Shown: positions 50,819 through 59,720 of the stretch, piece by piece
Numbering within the stretch: the first letter of the stretch is position 1
Layout: every line of letters begins with the position of its first letter
Source of the DNA: an uncultured Erysipelotrichaceae bacterium
Lineage (GTDB): Bacteria > Bacillota_I > Bacilli_A > RFN20 > CAG-826
DNA length: 64,000 nucleotides
Direction of reading: 5' to 3'
NCBI GenBank assembly: GCA_902798595.1
Contig: CADBXE010000002.1
Coordinates: forward strand, 166,741 to 230,740
The notes under the pieces: model-generated
What the model was told of the DNA's origin: nothing
Seen by the model: the letters and a program-made list of their open reading frames with translations, nothing else
Database searches by the model: none
Made by a program: the position numbers and the translations under genes

Positions 50819-51014
50819 ATAATTACCTCATTTCTGCAAGCGATATTATATCAATATCGCATCAATAATGCTATGTTTTTGTTTTATCAAATTCTCGAAG
50901 AAGACCCCTATCTTCTATAAGTAGGGGATGAATTTGAGCAAATTAATAATGTCGCAGCGGCTTCCATCTCGTTAATCTATTAGGCATAATTTTCGATAAA
51001 TAGTGAATCAATTA

Positions 51015-51043
51015 TTGTAATTATATCAACAAGTTGATATAAT
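51015..51043 (+). promoter_or_regulatory. tnpB promoter containing a perfect inverted repeat
   Basis: TTGTAA, 17 bp, TATAAT; ATTATATCAAC-AA-GTTGATATAAT (51020-51043). Confidence 0.65.
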
Positions 51044-51123
51044 ATTATTAGGAAATATTGATGTGGGGAATGAAAATGCATTTAGCATTTATTTCCCTTT
51101 TCTTATATTTCGAAAGGATAAGT

Positions 51124-52272
51124 ATGATTAAGACAGTTAAAAGAACATATCGCTTTAGAATCTATCCTAATCCTTCTCAAAAAGAATTAATTGAGAAAAC
51201 TTTAGGGTGTTCTCGTCAAGTTTATAACGACTTCCTTTCGATGTGCATTGAATCTTATGAACTTGATCATAATAGGATAGTTAATAAGTATGATTTAATT
51301 AAGCTTCTTCCTGAATATAAAAAGACATTCCCATATTTAAAAGAAGTTGATTCTATTGCGCTTCAGCAAACAGTTATCCATTTATATGATGCCTATATGA
51401 ATTTCTTTAGACATAATGCTGAATTCCCAAAATTTAAAAAGAAAAAGAATGATTATGGTTATACGACCATGAGTACAAATAACTCTATTCGTTTCATTGA
51501 GGATGATATCCAAATCCCAAAACTAGGTAGAGTTAAAGTAAAACTTCATCGCTATTTACCAGAATCATTTAAATTCACAATGGTCAGTGTTTCTAGAAAA
51601 GGTAAATACTACTATGTCTCTTTATTAGGAGAAGAAGAATACTTTGACTATGGAGAATACATCAAGGAATCTCTAGACCATAATAATTCCATTGGATTAG
51701 ATTTTTCTTTATCTCATCTCTTCGTTGATAGTAACGGTAGTCACTTAGATATGCCGACTTATTATCAAGATTCTCTAACTAAATTAGCAAGAGAGCAAAG
51801 AAAGCTATCCCACATGAAGAAAGATTCATCTCATTATCAAAAACAATTAATGAGAATTAAAAATCTTCATGAACATATTGCTAATCAAAGAAAAGATTTT
51901 CTTCATAAGGCAAGTAGAAAACTCGCTAATACTTATGATTATGTCTTTGTCGAAAATCTAGACCTACAAGAAATGAGTGAAAGAAGAGATAAGTTAAAAC
52001 TAGGTATTTCTATATTTGATTTAGGATATGGGACTTTCCTTAATTACCTATCCTATAAGCTAAAGTGGCTAAATAAGAGATTAATCAAAGTTGATAGATA
52101 TTTTCCTAGTAGTCAACTTTGTTCAGCCTGTAACTATCGAAAAAGCGATTTAGCACTTAATCAAAGGAGTTGGGTTTGTCCTGAATGCGGAACAAAACAT
52201 AACCGCGACTATAATGCGGCGATCAACATCAAAAAAGAAGGAATAAGAATGATCCTTAATCCTTCTAATTAA
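51124..52272 (+). CDS. tnpB: RNA-guided endonuclease TnpB
   Basis: TYRFRIYP HTH; RuvC residues IGLDF, VFVENL, RDYNAAINI; CSAC/CPEC zinc ribbon; GAAAGGA SD before ATG 51124. Confidence 0.95.
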   Translation: MIKTVKRTYRFRIYPNPSQKELIEKTLGCSRQVYNDFLSMCIESYELDHNRIVNKYDLIKLLPEYKKTFPYLKEVDSIALQQTVIHLYDAYMNFFRHNAEFPKFKKKKNDYGYTTMSTNNSIRFIEDDIQIPKLGRVKVKLHRYLPESFKFTMVSVSRKGKYYYVSLLGEEEYFDYGEYIKESLDHNNSIGLDFSLSHLFVDSNGSHLDMPTYYQDSLTKLAREQRKLSHMKKDSSHYQKQLMRIKNLHEHIANQRKDFLHKASRKLANTYDYVFVENLDLQEMSERRDKLKLGISIFDLGYGTFLNYLSYKLKWLNKRLIKVDRYFPSSQLCSACNYRKSDLALNQRSWVCPECGTKHNRDYNAAINIKKEGIRMILNPSN

Positions 52273-52430
52273 TCTCAATCTAAACAAGTTCGGATATCTT
52301 ATAATAAAATATCCTTAACCGAGGGACTCTCGGGGATAGCCCATTGATACTGAATTCATTAGAGTTCTTGAGTGGGAAGCCCCCATCTTCTATAAGTGGG
52401 GGAGGATGTCACTTGTCGGATTGCTTCAAT
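52273..52430 (+). ncRNA. Putative TnpB omegaRNA scaffold (5' end unknown) with guide starting at 52413
   Basis: ACCGAGGGACTCTCGGGGATAGCC hairpin, right-end hairpin and TCAC end; predicted guide TTGTCGGATTGCTTCAA... comes from the flanking host DNA. Confidence 0.7.
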
Positions 52431-52690
52431 TCTTGGATTTTTGGATCGTCTTGCCAAGCGTTGAAAACTTCTTCCACTTCTTCGTATTCTTCGTCATCTT
52501 CAATTGGCTCTAATTCGCCACTTTCAAGATATCTCATCACAACAACTTCTTCGTCCTTATCTTCAGTGTCATAGAAGAAAACATAGGAAGTGCCTCTTTC
52601 TTCGTTATCATAAGTGAAAAGGATTTGCATTAAGTGTTCTTTACCTTCGTTATCAGTAACAACCATTTGCTTTTCGTTTTTAATTTCCAT
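52409..52690 (-). CDS. DUF1292 (YrzB-like) protein
   Basis: Acidic protein with D.EG.E...ILFT and L.PIEDDEEYE.VEEV; follows ruvX. Confidence 0.88.
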   Translation of the reverse strand: MEIKNEKQMVVTDNEGKEHLMQILFTYDNEERGTSYVFFYDTEDKDEEVVVMRYLESGELEPIEDDEEYEEVEEVFNAWQDDPKIQELKQSDK

Positions 52691-52692
52691 AA

Positions 52693-53118
52693 TTAGTTTC
52701 CTTTCATTCGTAAGTATGTATCCAAGATGACACAGGCAGCAATCTTATCAACATTATCTTTTCTTTGTTGATGATTCATACCTCTATCGGAGATGAAATT
52801 GTTCGCTGTGACACTTGATAATCTCTCATCCATTGTATCTATGTTCAATGATGGTTTTTCTTTCTTTAAATCATCGATAAAACGTAAAACGTTTTGGCTC
52901 ATCTCACTTTGTTCGCCAGATAAATGCAAAGGCATACCAATAACGATGTCATTGATCATCATCTTTTCTGATAATTCGATAACATGTTTTCTCGCTACGA
53001 TATATTGATTTCTATCGAAGCGGAATGTCTCTAAACCGTGCACAAAACCGAGAGCGTCATTATAAGCTACTCCGAGTGTTTTTGTTCCTAAATCTAAAGC
53101 GAGATATTTTTTAACCAC
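52693..53118 (-). CDS. ruvX: RuvX/YqgF family nuclease
   Basis: LALDLGTKTLGVA, VIGMP, DERLSS, DKIAACVIL. Confidence 0.94.
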   Translation of the reverse strand: MVKKYLALDLGTKTLGVAYNDALGFVHGLETFRFDRNQYIVARKHVIELSEKMMINDIVIGMPLHLSGEQSEMSQNVLRFIDDLKKEKPSLNIDTMDERLSSVTANNFISDRGMNHQQRKDNVDKIAACVILDTYLRMKGN

Positions 53119-53175
53119 GTTAATATATTAACAAGTTATAAAAATTAACGTTAGATAATTATTTATAAAATATGC

Positions 53176-53805
53176 TTAATCTTCTACTTCAATAACCATT
53201 GGTTTGCGCAAATCTTGGTCGAAAACTAATTCACATTCACTATATGTGATATCTTTATCTAACCAAACATAGCCCGCTTCATAGAGAACGTCCGTAGTAA
53301 ACGATTTGCCGCTAGCGCCTGGACTATTTGAATCAAACATAAAGCCATGCATATAAAGAACATCATTCTTTAAATAAACGGCATCAAAATAAAGATCATA
53401 GTTACCACTTCCTAAAGTGATTTCTTCAGTTAATAAGAGGTTCTTATTTTGAAATTCATCTTCTTGTAAATTCTTTAAAAATTCAATTGTTTCGTTGTAA
53501 CGACCATATTCCGCTTTTACTTCAAGTTCGTTAGCAAAACTAATCGCACTTTGATAATTATCAAAAAGTACATTTTTATTATCGTCTTTATCTCTTAATT
53601 CTTGACGAGATGTCAAACTATTAGGATGAGTATTAAGTTTATAAGAATCATTAAGTCCAAGAGCATCTAATTCTGGAGTGGGATTAGGTTCATAGCAAGA
53701 GCAATAAGCCGTGCGTTTTCCTTTTTTAGAAGAACCATCAGGTCCATAAATTGTGCAGCTGCATAAACTGAGTAATGCAATAGTCAGACAAACGATTTTT
53801 TTCAT
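53176..53805 (-). CDS. Hypothetical lipoprotein
   Basis: MKK-hydrophobic-LSLCSC lipobox; GAGGTG SD. Confidence 0.7.
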   Translation of the reverse strand: MKKIVCLTIALLSLCSCTIYGPDGSSKKGKRTAYCSCYEPNPTPELDALGLNDSYKLNTHPNSLTSRQELRDKDDNKNVLFDNYQSAISFANELEVKAEYGRYNETIEFLKNLQEDEFQNKNLLLTEEITLGSGNYDLYFDAVYLKNDVLYMHGFMFDSNSPGASGKSFTTDVLYEAGYVWLDKDITYSECELVFDQDLRKPMVIEVED

Positions 53806-53856
53806 ATCTTTTCACCTCTCACCAATTAAGACGATTATAAAATAGAAAACCGCTAG

Positions 53857-53890
53857 AAAAAAACTGGATGATTTATTTCACCCAGTCTTT
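53857..53890 (-). terminator. Terminator after alaS
   Basis: ACTGGGTGA...TCATCCAGT hairpin with a U-tract on the minus strand. Confidence 0.7.
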
Positions 53891-53893
53891 TTA

Positions 53894-56488
53894 TTACTTA
53901 ATGAGAAGTTTTTTAGCTTCGTCAATCTTTGTGATATCTCTACCAGCGCCACTAGCGAGGTCTGGACGACCACCACCGGAACCACCGAGTAAGGAAGCGA
54001 TGTCTTTAACTAACTTACCAGCGAGATAACCTTTTTCATTAGCGACTTTAGAAGCACCGACAACAACTGGATAACCACCATTTTCTTCGCCCACTAAAGC
54101 GATGAGGTAATTATCTTTATTAGACTTAAGGCTATCAATGATCTTTAATAAGGAATCACGCTTTTGATCTTTTAAGTATTTGAATAATACCACTAAGCCA
54201 TCTTGTTCCACGAATTCATTAGCGAGGTTACCACTTGTAGCGTTCGCTAATTTTTGTTTTAAGGTTTCGGCTTCTTTACGATAAGCATCCTTTTCCGCTT
54301 GTAAGCCTTTGAGTTTAGCTGGAACATCATAGATGGAACCAATACCTAATAAGTCACGGCTTTGGGCTAAGACGTTTTCTCTCTTCTTTAAGAGTTCATA
54401 AGCACCGAAAGAGGTTCTGGCTTGAATTCTTCTAATACCCGCAGCGACAGATTCTTCGTATTCAATAACGAAGACACCGATATCGCTGGTGTTAGTAACG
54501 TGGGTACCACCACAGAATTCTTTAGAGACGTCACCAAAGGTGACAACTCTAACTGTATCGCCATATTTATCATCAAATAAGGCTTTAGCGCCCATCTTTT
54601 TAGCTTCTTCGATTGGAAGGACAAATGTTTCTTCCTTAATCGCTTGAGCGATGTATTGGTTAACTTTTCTTTCAACTTCTGCGATTTGTTCTGGAGTCAT
54701 CTTTTGGAAGTGATTGAAGTCAAAGTGAGAATATTCTTCGTTCACATAAGAACCATGTTGAGCGATATGGTCACCTAAGACTTCAGTTAAGGCTTGTTGT
54801 AATAAATGGACTGATGAGTGGTTTCTAGCGATTAAAGTACGACGGAATTCATCAATCTTCGCTGTAACTTTGTCACCTACTTTCACTTCACCGAACATCA
54901 CCTTCACAGAATGTAAGTGTTGCTTGTTAGGCGCTTTAATGACGTTAGTGACTTTCATGGAGACATTGTTATTTTCAATAACACCTGTATCCGCGACTTG
55001 ACCACCGCTTTCAGCGTAGAAGTTTGTTTCATCTAAGATGATTTCGCCTTCATCGTCTAAGCTATCAACTTTATTACCATCTTTGAAACAGGCCACAACT
55101 GTCGCTTCAATTGGTGCGCTACCATAGTTGAATTTAGAAGCAACTTTGCAGTTCATTAAATCAATCGCTTGCTTGTTCATGGATTGTTGGTCACCACGTG
55201 CGGTTCTCGCTCTTTCTCTTTGCTCTTTCATGAGCTTTTCGAATTCTTCGAGATCCACTTTGATGCCTTGTTCTTCACAAATCTCGATTGTTAATTCTTT
55301 TGGGAAACCGAATGTATCGTAGAGTTTGAAGACATCAGCACCACTGACGGCTTTGTTATCTTTGATAAGTTTCATTAATAAGGCTTCGCCATTTGTTAAA
55401 GTCTTAATGAATTTTTCTTCTTCCGCTTTCACAATCTTAGCGACAAATTCTTGTTTATTTAATAAATAAGGATAATAGTCTTGCATGTTGTTAGCGACGA
55501 CACTAACGAGTTCAAATAAGAATGGTTTTTCCATGCCTAAGAGTTTGCCATATCTGACCGCTCTTCTGAGTAATCTACGTAAAACGTAGCCTCTACCTTC
55601 ATTAGAGAACGATTCACCATCCGCTAAAGCGAAGGTAATTGTTCTAATGTGGTCAGCGATAACTCTAAAGGCACGCATATTATCCGCGTATTTTTTACCA
55701 CTGATTTGTTCAGTCTTTTGAATCATTGGCCAGAATAAGTCTGTTTCGTAGCAGGTATCTGTACCTTGGATGACGGTAACGAATCTTTCTAAACCCGCAC
55801 CGGTATCGATGTTCTTACTTGGTAATTCTTTGTATTCACTTCTCTTTTTACCAATTTCACTGTTGAATTGAGAGAAGACGATATTCCAAATTTCAACGAA
55901 TCTGAAGTTTGGTAAATCTTCAATTAAAAGCTTTAGGCCAACACCTTCTGGATCGAACTTTTCACCTCTATCAAAGTGAATTTCTGTATCAGGACCACAT
56001 GGACCTTCACCGATTTCCCAGAAGTTATCTTCTTTAATAATTAAATGGTCTTCAGGCACACCAGCATCCATCCAGCATTTCTTTGTTTCTAAATCATCTG
56101 GGTGATAGGTGACATAAAGTTTTTCCTTTGGAAAATTGAACCATTTTTCGCTGGTGAGCATTTCCCAAGCCCATGGAATAACTTCTTTTCTAAAGTAGTC
56201 ACCAATGGAGAAGTTACCTAACATTTCAAAGAAAGTTAAGTGAGTGGCATCGCCAACGTTTTCAATGTCATTTGTTCTAATACATTTTTGGGCGTTGGTA
56301 ATTCTTCTACTGACTGGGATTTCACTACCATCAAAATATTTCTTTAAGGCCGCAACACCAGCGTTGATCCATAACAAAGTTGGGTCGTTCTTTGGAATTA
56401 AAGAAGAACCTGGCTCGATATGGTGACCTTTACTGGCGAAGAAGTCTAACCACATTCTACGAATGTCTTTGGATTGCATGTACTTCAT
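53894..56488 (-). CDS. alaS: Alanine--tRNA ligase
   Basis: TFFEMLGNFS, GPCGP, DTGAGLER, HxxxH (NHSSVH), EFCGGTH, GGSGGG. Confidence 0.98.
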   Translation of the reverse strand: MKYMQSKDIRRMWLDFFASKGHHIEPGSSLIPKNDPTLLWINAGVAALKKYFDGSEIPVSRRITNAQKCIRTNDIENVGDATHLTFFEMLGNFSIGDYFRKEVIPWAWEMLTSEKWFNFPKEKLYVTYHPDDLETKKCWMDAGVPEDHLIIKEDNFWEIGEGPCGPDTEIHFDRGEKFDPEGVGLKLLIEDLPNFRFVEIWNIVFSQFNSEIGKKRSEYKELPSKNIDTGAGLERFVTVIQGTDTCYETDLFWPMIQKTEQISGKKYADNMRAFRVIADHIRTITFALADGESFSNEGRGYVLRRLLRRAVRYGKLLGMEKPFLFELVSVVANNMQDYYPYLLNKQEFVAKIVKAEEEKFIKTLTNGEALLMKLIKDNKAVSGADVFKLYDTFGFPKELTIEICEEQGIKVDLEEFEKLMKEQRERARTARGDQQSMNKQAIDLMNCKVASKFNYGSAPIEATVVACFKDGNKVDSLDDEGEIILDETNFYAESGGQVADTGVIENNNVSMKVTNVIKAPNKQHLHSVKVMFGEVKVGDKVTAKIDEFRRTLIARNHSSVHLLQQALTEVLGDHIAQHGSYVNEEYSHFDFNHFQKMTPEQIAEVERKVNQYIAQAIKEETFVLPIEEAKKMGAKALFDDKYGDTVRVVTFGDVSKEFCGGTHVTNTSDIGVFVIEYEESVAAGIRRIQARTSFGAYELLKKRENVLAQSRDLLGIGSIYDVPAKLKGLQAEKDAYRKEAETLKQKLANATSGNLANEFVEQDGLVVLFKYLKDQKRDSLLKIIDSLKSNKDNYLIALVGEENGGYPVVVGASKVANEKGYLAGKLVKDIASLLGGSGGGRPDLASGAGRDITKIDEAKKLLIK

Positions 56489-56499
56489 AAAATACCTCC

Positions 56500-56722
56500 A
56501 AATAAATAAAAAGTACCTCTTCTAAGGAACGGATTTCTCCGCGGTACCATCCTTATTCTCTCAATAATGTTGAGAGCACTTATTTAAGAATAAATCGTTA
56601 TTCTAACGTCGGCATTACCCGAAACTTCGGAAGTGGCTTTCCATTACGCTCCTGTATCCTTTTCACCGCTAGATACTCGCTACTAGGTTAATAGATGGAT
56701 TGGCTTCCTGCTTTGCGACATT
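56500..56722 (-). promoter_or_regulatory. T-box riboswitch (Ala) in the alaS leader
   Basis: Minus strand has a GGAAG...CTTCC stem I base with GAAA-GCC-A specifier (Ala), T-box AAGGATGGTACCGCG, and a downstream terminator with U-tract. Ends are approximate. Confidence 0.88.
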
Positions 56723-56754
56723 AATTTATCATAAACTAATGATAAAAACTATAA

Positions 56755-57867
56755 CTATTTGATAACTTTATCAATTAAGCCACCACCGAGACAAATATCT
56801 CCGTCGTAAATGACAGCAGCTTGGCCTGGTGTGACCGCTTTGATTGGCTCCACAAATGTTAAAGTGATTTGATCATCATTAATATCCGAAATAATGACTG
56901 GATTATCGGCTTGACGATATCTAAATTTAGCGTTTAATCTTTGATTAATTTCTGGCTTCTTACTAATCCAGTTTAAATTAGTGACTGTACAGCTTCTGGA
57001 ATATAAATAACTGCTTTCATCACCACTAGCGACATAGACAATATTCTTTTTGATGTCTTTATCAACGACAAACCAGCCTTTGGCTTCTTCTCCATGGATT
57101 CCACCGATGCCTAGGCCTTTTCTTTGACCGATTGTGTAATACATCGCGCCTTCGTGCTCACCGATTTTGCGGTTGTGTTCGATATCAACGATGTCACCTT
57201 TTTGAGCAGGGATGTAATTCTTTAAGAAGTCTTTAAAGTTTCTTTCACCAATAAAGCAGATACCAGTGCTATCTTTTTTGTCCATAACTGATTCTAAATC
57301 GAGTTCATGGGCAATTCTTCTAACTTCTGGCTTATCAATATCCCCTAATGGGAATAAGCAGAAAGATAATTGTTCTTGGCTGATTTGACTTAAGAAGTAT
57401 GTTTGATCTTTGTTTTTATCAAAACTCTTAAGCAAATACGCTACACCATCTTTATCAATACGCTTGGCGTAATGCCCCATTGCAATGGCATCATAGCCAT
57501 GTTCTTTAGCGTACTTTAAGAATGGTCCAAATTTAATGTATTTGTTGCAGAAAATGTCTGGATTAGGAGTTCTACCACATTCATATTCTTTGATAAGGTA
57601 AGTAAAAACGTTATCCCAGTACTCTTTGATATAATCAATTCTTAGTAATTTGATGCCTAATTTATCGGCAACTTTTTGGGCGTCATCATAGTCTTTTTCT
57701 TGTGGACATTGGTCATTGTTAATTGTGGGATTACCAAGGTAGTCACCATTCGCTAAAGCATCCCAGTTACGCATAAAGCAACCGGTTACTTCATGACCCG
57801 CTTTTAAAAGGAGATAAGCGGAAACCGCACTATCAACACCACCAGAAAGACCTAATAACACCTTCAT
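56755..57867 (-). CDS. mnmA: tRNA 2-thiouridylase MnmA
   Basis: GLSGGVDS, TPNPDIFCN, KDQTYFL, DSTGICFIGE, YTIGQRKG, TPGQ. Confidence 0.97.
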   Translation of the reverse strand: MKVLLGLSGGVDSAVSAYLLLKAGHEVTGCFMRNWDALANGDYLGNPTINNDQCPQEKDYDDAQKVADKLGIKLLRIDYIKEYWDNVFTYLIKEYECGRTPNPDIFCNKYIKFGPFLKYAKEHGYDAIAMGHYAKRIDKDGVAYLLKSFDKNKDQTYFLSQISQEQLSFCLFPLGDIDKPEVRRIAHELDLESVMDKKDSTGICFIGERNFKDFLKNYIPAQKGDIVDIEHNRKIGEHEGAMYYTIGQRKGLGIGGIHGEEAKGWFVVDKDIKKNIVYVASGDESSYLYSRSCTVTNLNWISKKPEINQRLNAKFRYRQADNPVIISDINDDQITLTFVEPIKAVTPGQAAVIYDGDICLGGGLIDKVIK

Positions 57868-57868
57868 A

Positions 57869-58321
57869 TTATTTAAATAATTCCTCACTATCTAAGACAA
57901 TTGTAAACGGTCCATCATTTACACTACTTACTTTCATGTCAGCGCCAAAGATACCTGTGGCAATTGGACCATGTTTGGCTTCTAAAGCTTTATTGAAATA
58001 AGCATATAATTCTTTAGCTTGATCAGGTTTCATCGCGTTAACGAACGATGGTCTTCTACCACCAGTCACATCCGCATATAAAGTGAATTGACTGACTGAC
58101 ATAATTTGACCATTTACGTCATTTAAAGAGAGGTTTGTTAAACCCCTGTCATCACAGAAAACTCTTAAAGCTAGAATCTTATCAATCATCTTGTCGACAA
58201 TGGCTTGAGTGTCGGTATGAGTAAAGCCCACGAGCAAACAAAAGCCACGATCAATCTTGCTATAAAGTTGACCATCAATAGTGACTGATGCATTTAAAAC
58301 TGTCGTTAATACAACTCTCAT
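57869..58321 (-). CDS. dtd: D-aminoacyl-tRNA deacylase
   Basis: VSQFTL, GRRPSF, FGADM, NDGPFT. Confidence 0.95.
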   Translation of the reverse strand: MRVVLTTVLNASVTIDGQLYSKIDRGFCLLVGFTHTDTQAIVDKMIDKILALRVFCDDRGLTNLSLNDVNGQIMSVSQFTLYADVTGGRRPSFVNAMKPDQAKELYAYFNKALEAKHGPIATGIFGADMKVSSVNDGPFTIVLDSEELFK

Positions 58322-58322
58322 T

Positions 58323-59630
58323 TTATTGAATAACTTCTAAGACAACTTTTGGCTTTTCAACGAATTCTTTACTAATTTCAAAAGCATTGAAAACGTTCTT
58401 TGCCACCCTATTAATTAAGGTAACATTCTTGTTAGAATGTAAGTAACATAAGACTTCGCCTTCTTTGACGTAGTCGCCAATCTTCTTATTGAGCATAATA
58501 CCAGCGGACATATCGATAACATCATCAAGAGTTTCTCTACCACCACCTAAAGTCATGGAAGATAAGCCAATTTCTAAAGCGTTAATGCCTTTAACATAGC
58601 CTTCTTCTTGAGCATAGATTGGAATGATGTTCTTAGCCATGTTGAACTTTTCAGGATGTAAGATATATTCGACATCGCCTCCTTGAGCCGCGACCATTTC
58701 TAAGAACTTATTGAAAGCGGAGCCATCTTTAATGCATTCTTCAAGCATTTTACGACCTTCTTCATAGTCCTTACAGATATGTGCTTGCTCAAGCATGATG
58801 CTACCTGCAATATAACAAAGTTCCATTAAATCTTCTGGGCCTTCACCATGTAAAGCAGCAATTGCTTCTTTAACCTCTAATGCATTACCAACCGCTAAAC
58901 CCAAAGGTTCGTTCATGTTGGATAAAACAGCACGTGTATCACGTTTCAAGCCATTACCGATTTTAACCATTAGTTTAGCTAAAACTCTGGCTTGGTTAAT
59001 ATCTTTCATAAAGGCACCATTGCCTAAAGTAACATCGAGCAAAATAGCATCTGTACCTGCTGCTAACTTTTTAGACATAACAGAAGCAGCAATTAAAGGA
59101 ATGGATTCAACTGTACCTGTGACGTCTCTAAGAGCGTACATCTTTTTATCGGCAGGCACTAAAGATTGTGTTTGGCCTGCGATAGCGATACCGATTTTAT
59201 TGACTTGGTTAATGAAACGATCGCCATTAACTTGGATAGTTAAACCAGGAATGGATTCTAATTTATCTAATGTACCACCGGTATGGCCTAAACCACGGCC
59301 ACTTAATTTAGCGAATGTCGCCCCGCAAGCGGCAACCATTGGTCCAAGGACCAAGGATGTTTTATCGCCAACACCACCAGTACTATGCTTATCTACTTTG
59401 ACACCTTTAAGGTTAGATAAGTCTAATGTTTCACCCGAGTGTTCCATTAAGTCGGTTAAATTAATAACTTCTTCTTCGGTCATGCCTTTAAACAAGATTG
59501 CCATATTCATTGCGCTGACTTGATAATCAGGGACAATGCCATTGACGTATCCATCAATCCAGAACGCAATCTCTTCGCGCGTTAAAGCGTGACCTTCACG
59601 TTTTTTGATAATTAAATCTACCATTCTCAT
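58323..59630 (-). CDS. pdp: Pyrimidine-nucleoside phosphorylase
   Basis: DKHSTGGVGDK, SGRGLGHTGGTLDKLE, YALRDVT; GAGGTG SD before ATG 59630. Confidence 0.96.
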   Translation of the reverse strand: MRMVDLIIKKREGHALTREEIAFWIDGYVNGIVPDYQVSAMNMAILFKGMTEEEVINLTDLMEHSGETLDLSNLKGVKVDKHSTGGVGDKTSLVLGPMVAACGATFAKLSGRGLGHTGGTLDKLESIPGLTIQVNGDRFINQVNKIGIAIAGQTQSLVPADKKMYALRDVTGTVESIPLIAASVMSKKLAAGTDAILLDVTLGNGAFMKDINQARVLAKLMVKIGNGLKRDTRAVLSNMNEPLGLAVGNALEVKEAIAALHGEGPEDLMELCYIAGSIMLEQAHICKDYEEGRKMLEECIKDGSAFNKFLEMVAAQGGDVEYILHPEKFNMAKNIIPIYAQEEGYVKGINALEIGLSSMTLGGGRETLDDVIDMSAGIMLNKKIGDYVKEGEVLCYLHSNKNVTLINRVAKNVFNAFEISKEFVEKPKVVLEVIQ

Positions 59631-59720
59631 AAGAAACACCTCACTTTTATAGTTTATCATAAAAAAGGATTTTTTATAATAGCCTTAAAATGGCCCTATT
59701 TCAATAACTTTTAACAATAT

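Larger units (their letters stand above)
50888..52412 (+). mobile_element. IS200/IS605-family element, tnpB only (IS1341-like, non-autonomous)
   Basis: Near-identical subterminal hairpins CCCCTATCTTCTATAAGTAGGGG (50905-50927) and CCCCCATCTTCTATAAGTGGGGG (52380-52402); right end TCAC; TTTAT immediately 5' of the left end; no target duplication; no tnpA. Confidence 0.9.

Noticed and set aside
50888-51123. IStron (group I intron) or tnpA at the IS left end
   Set aside because: Only about 235 bp, with no recognisable intron core or HUH/Y1 ORF, and the element is antisense to the host gene.
58915-59523. 202-aa antisense ORF in pdp, and the many other short antisense or overlapping ORFs in the track
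   Set aside because: These are shadow ORFs of well-conserved genes, with no SD or motifs.
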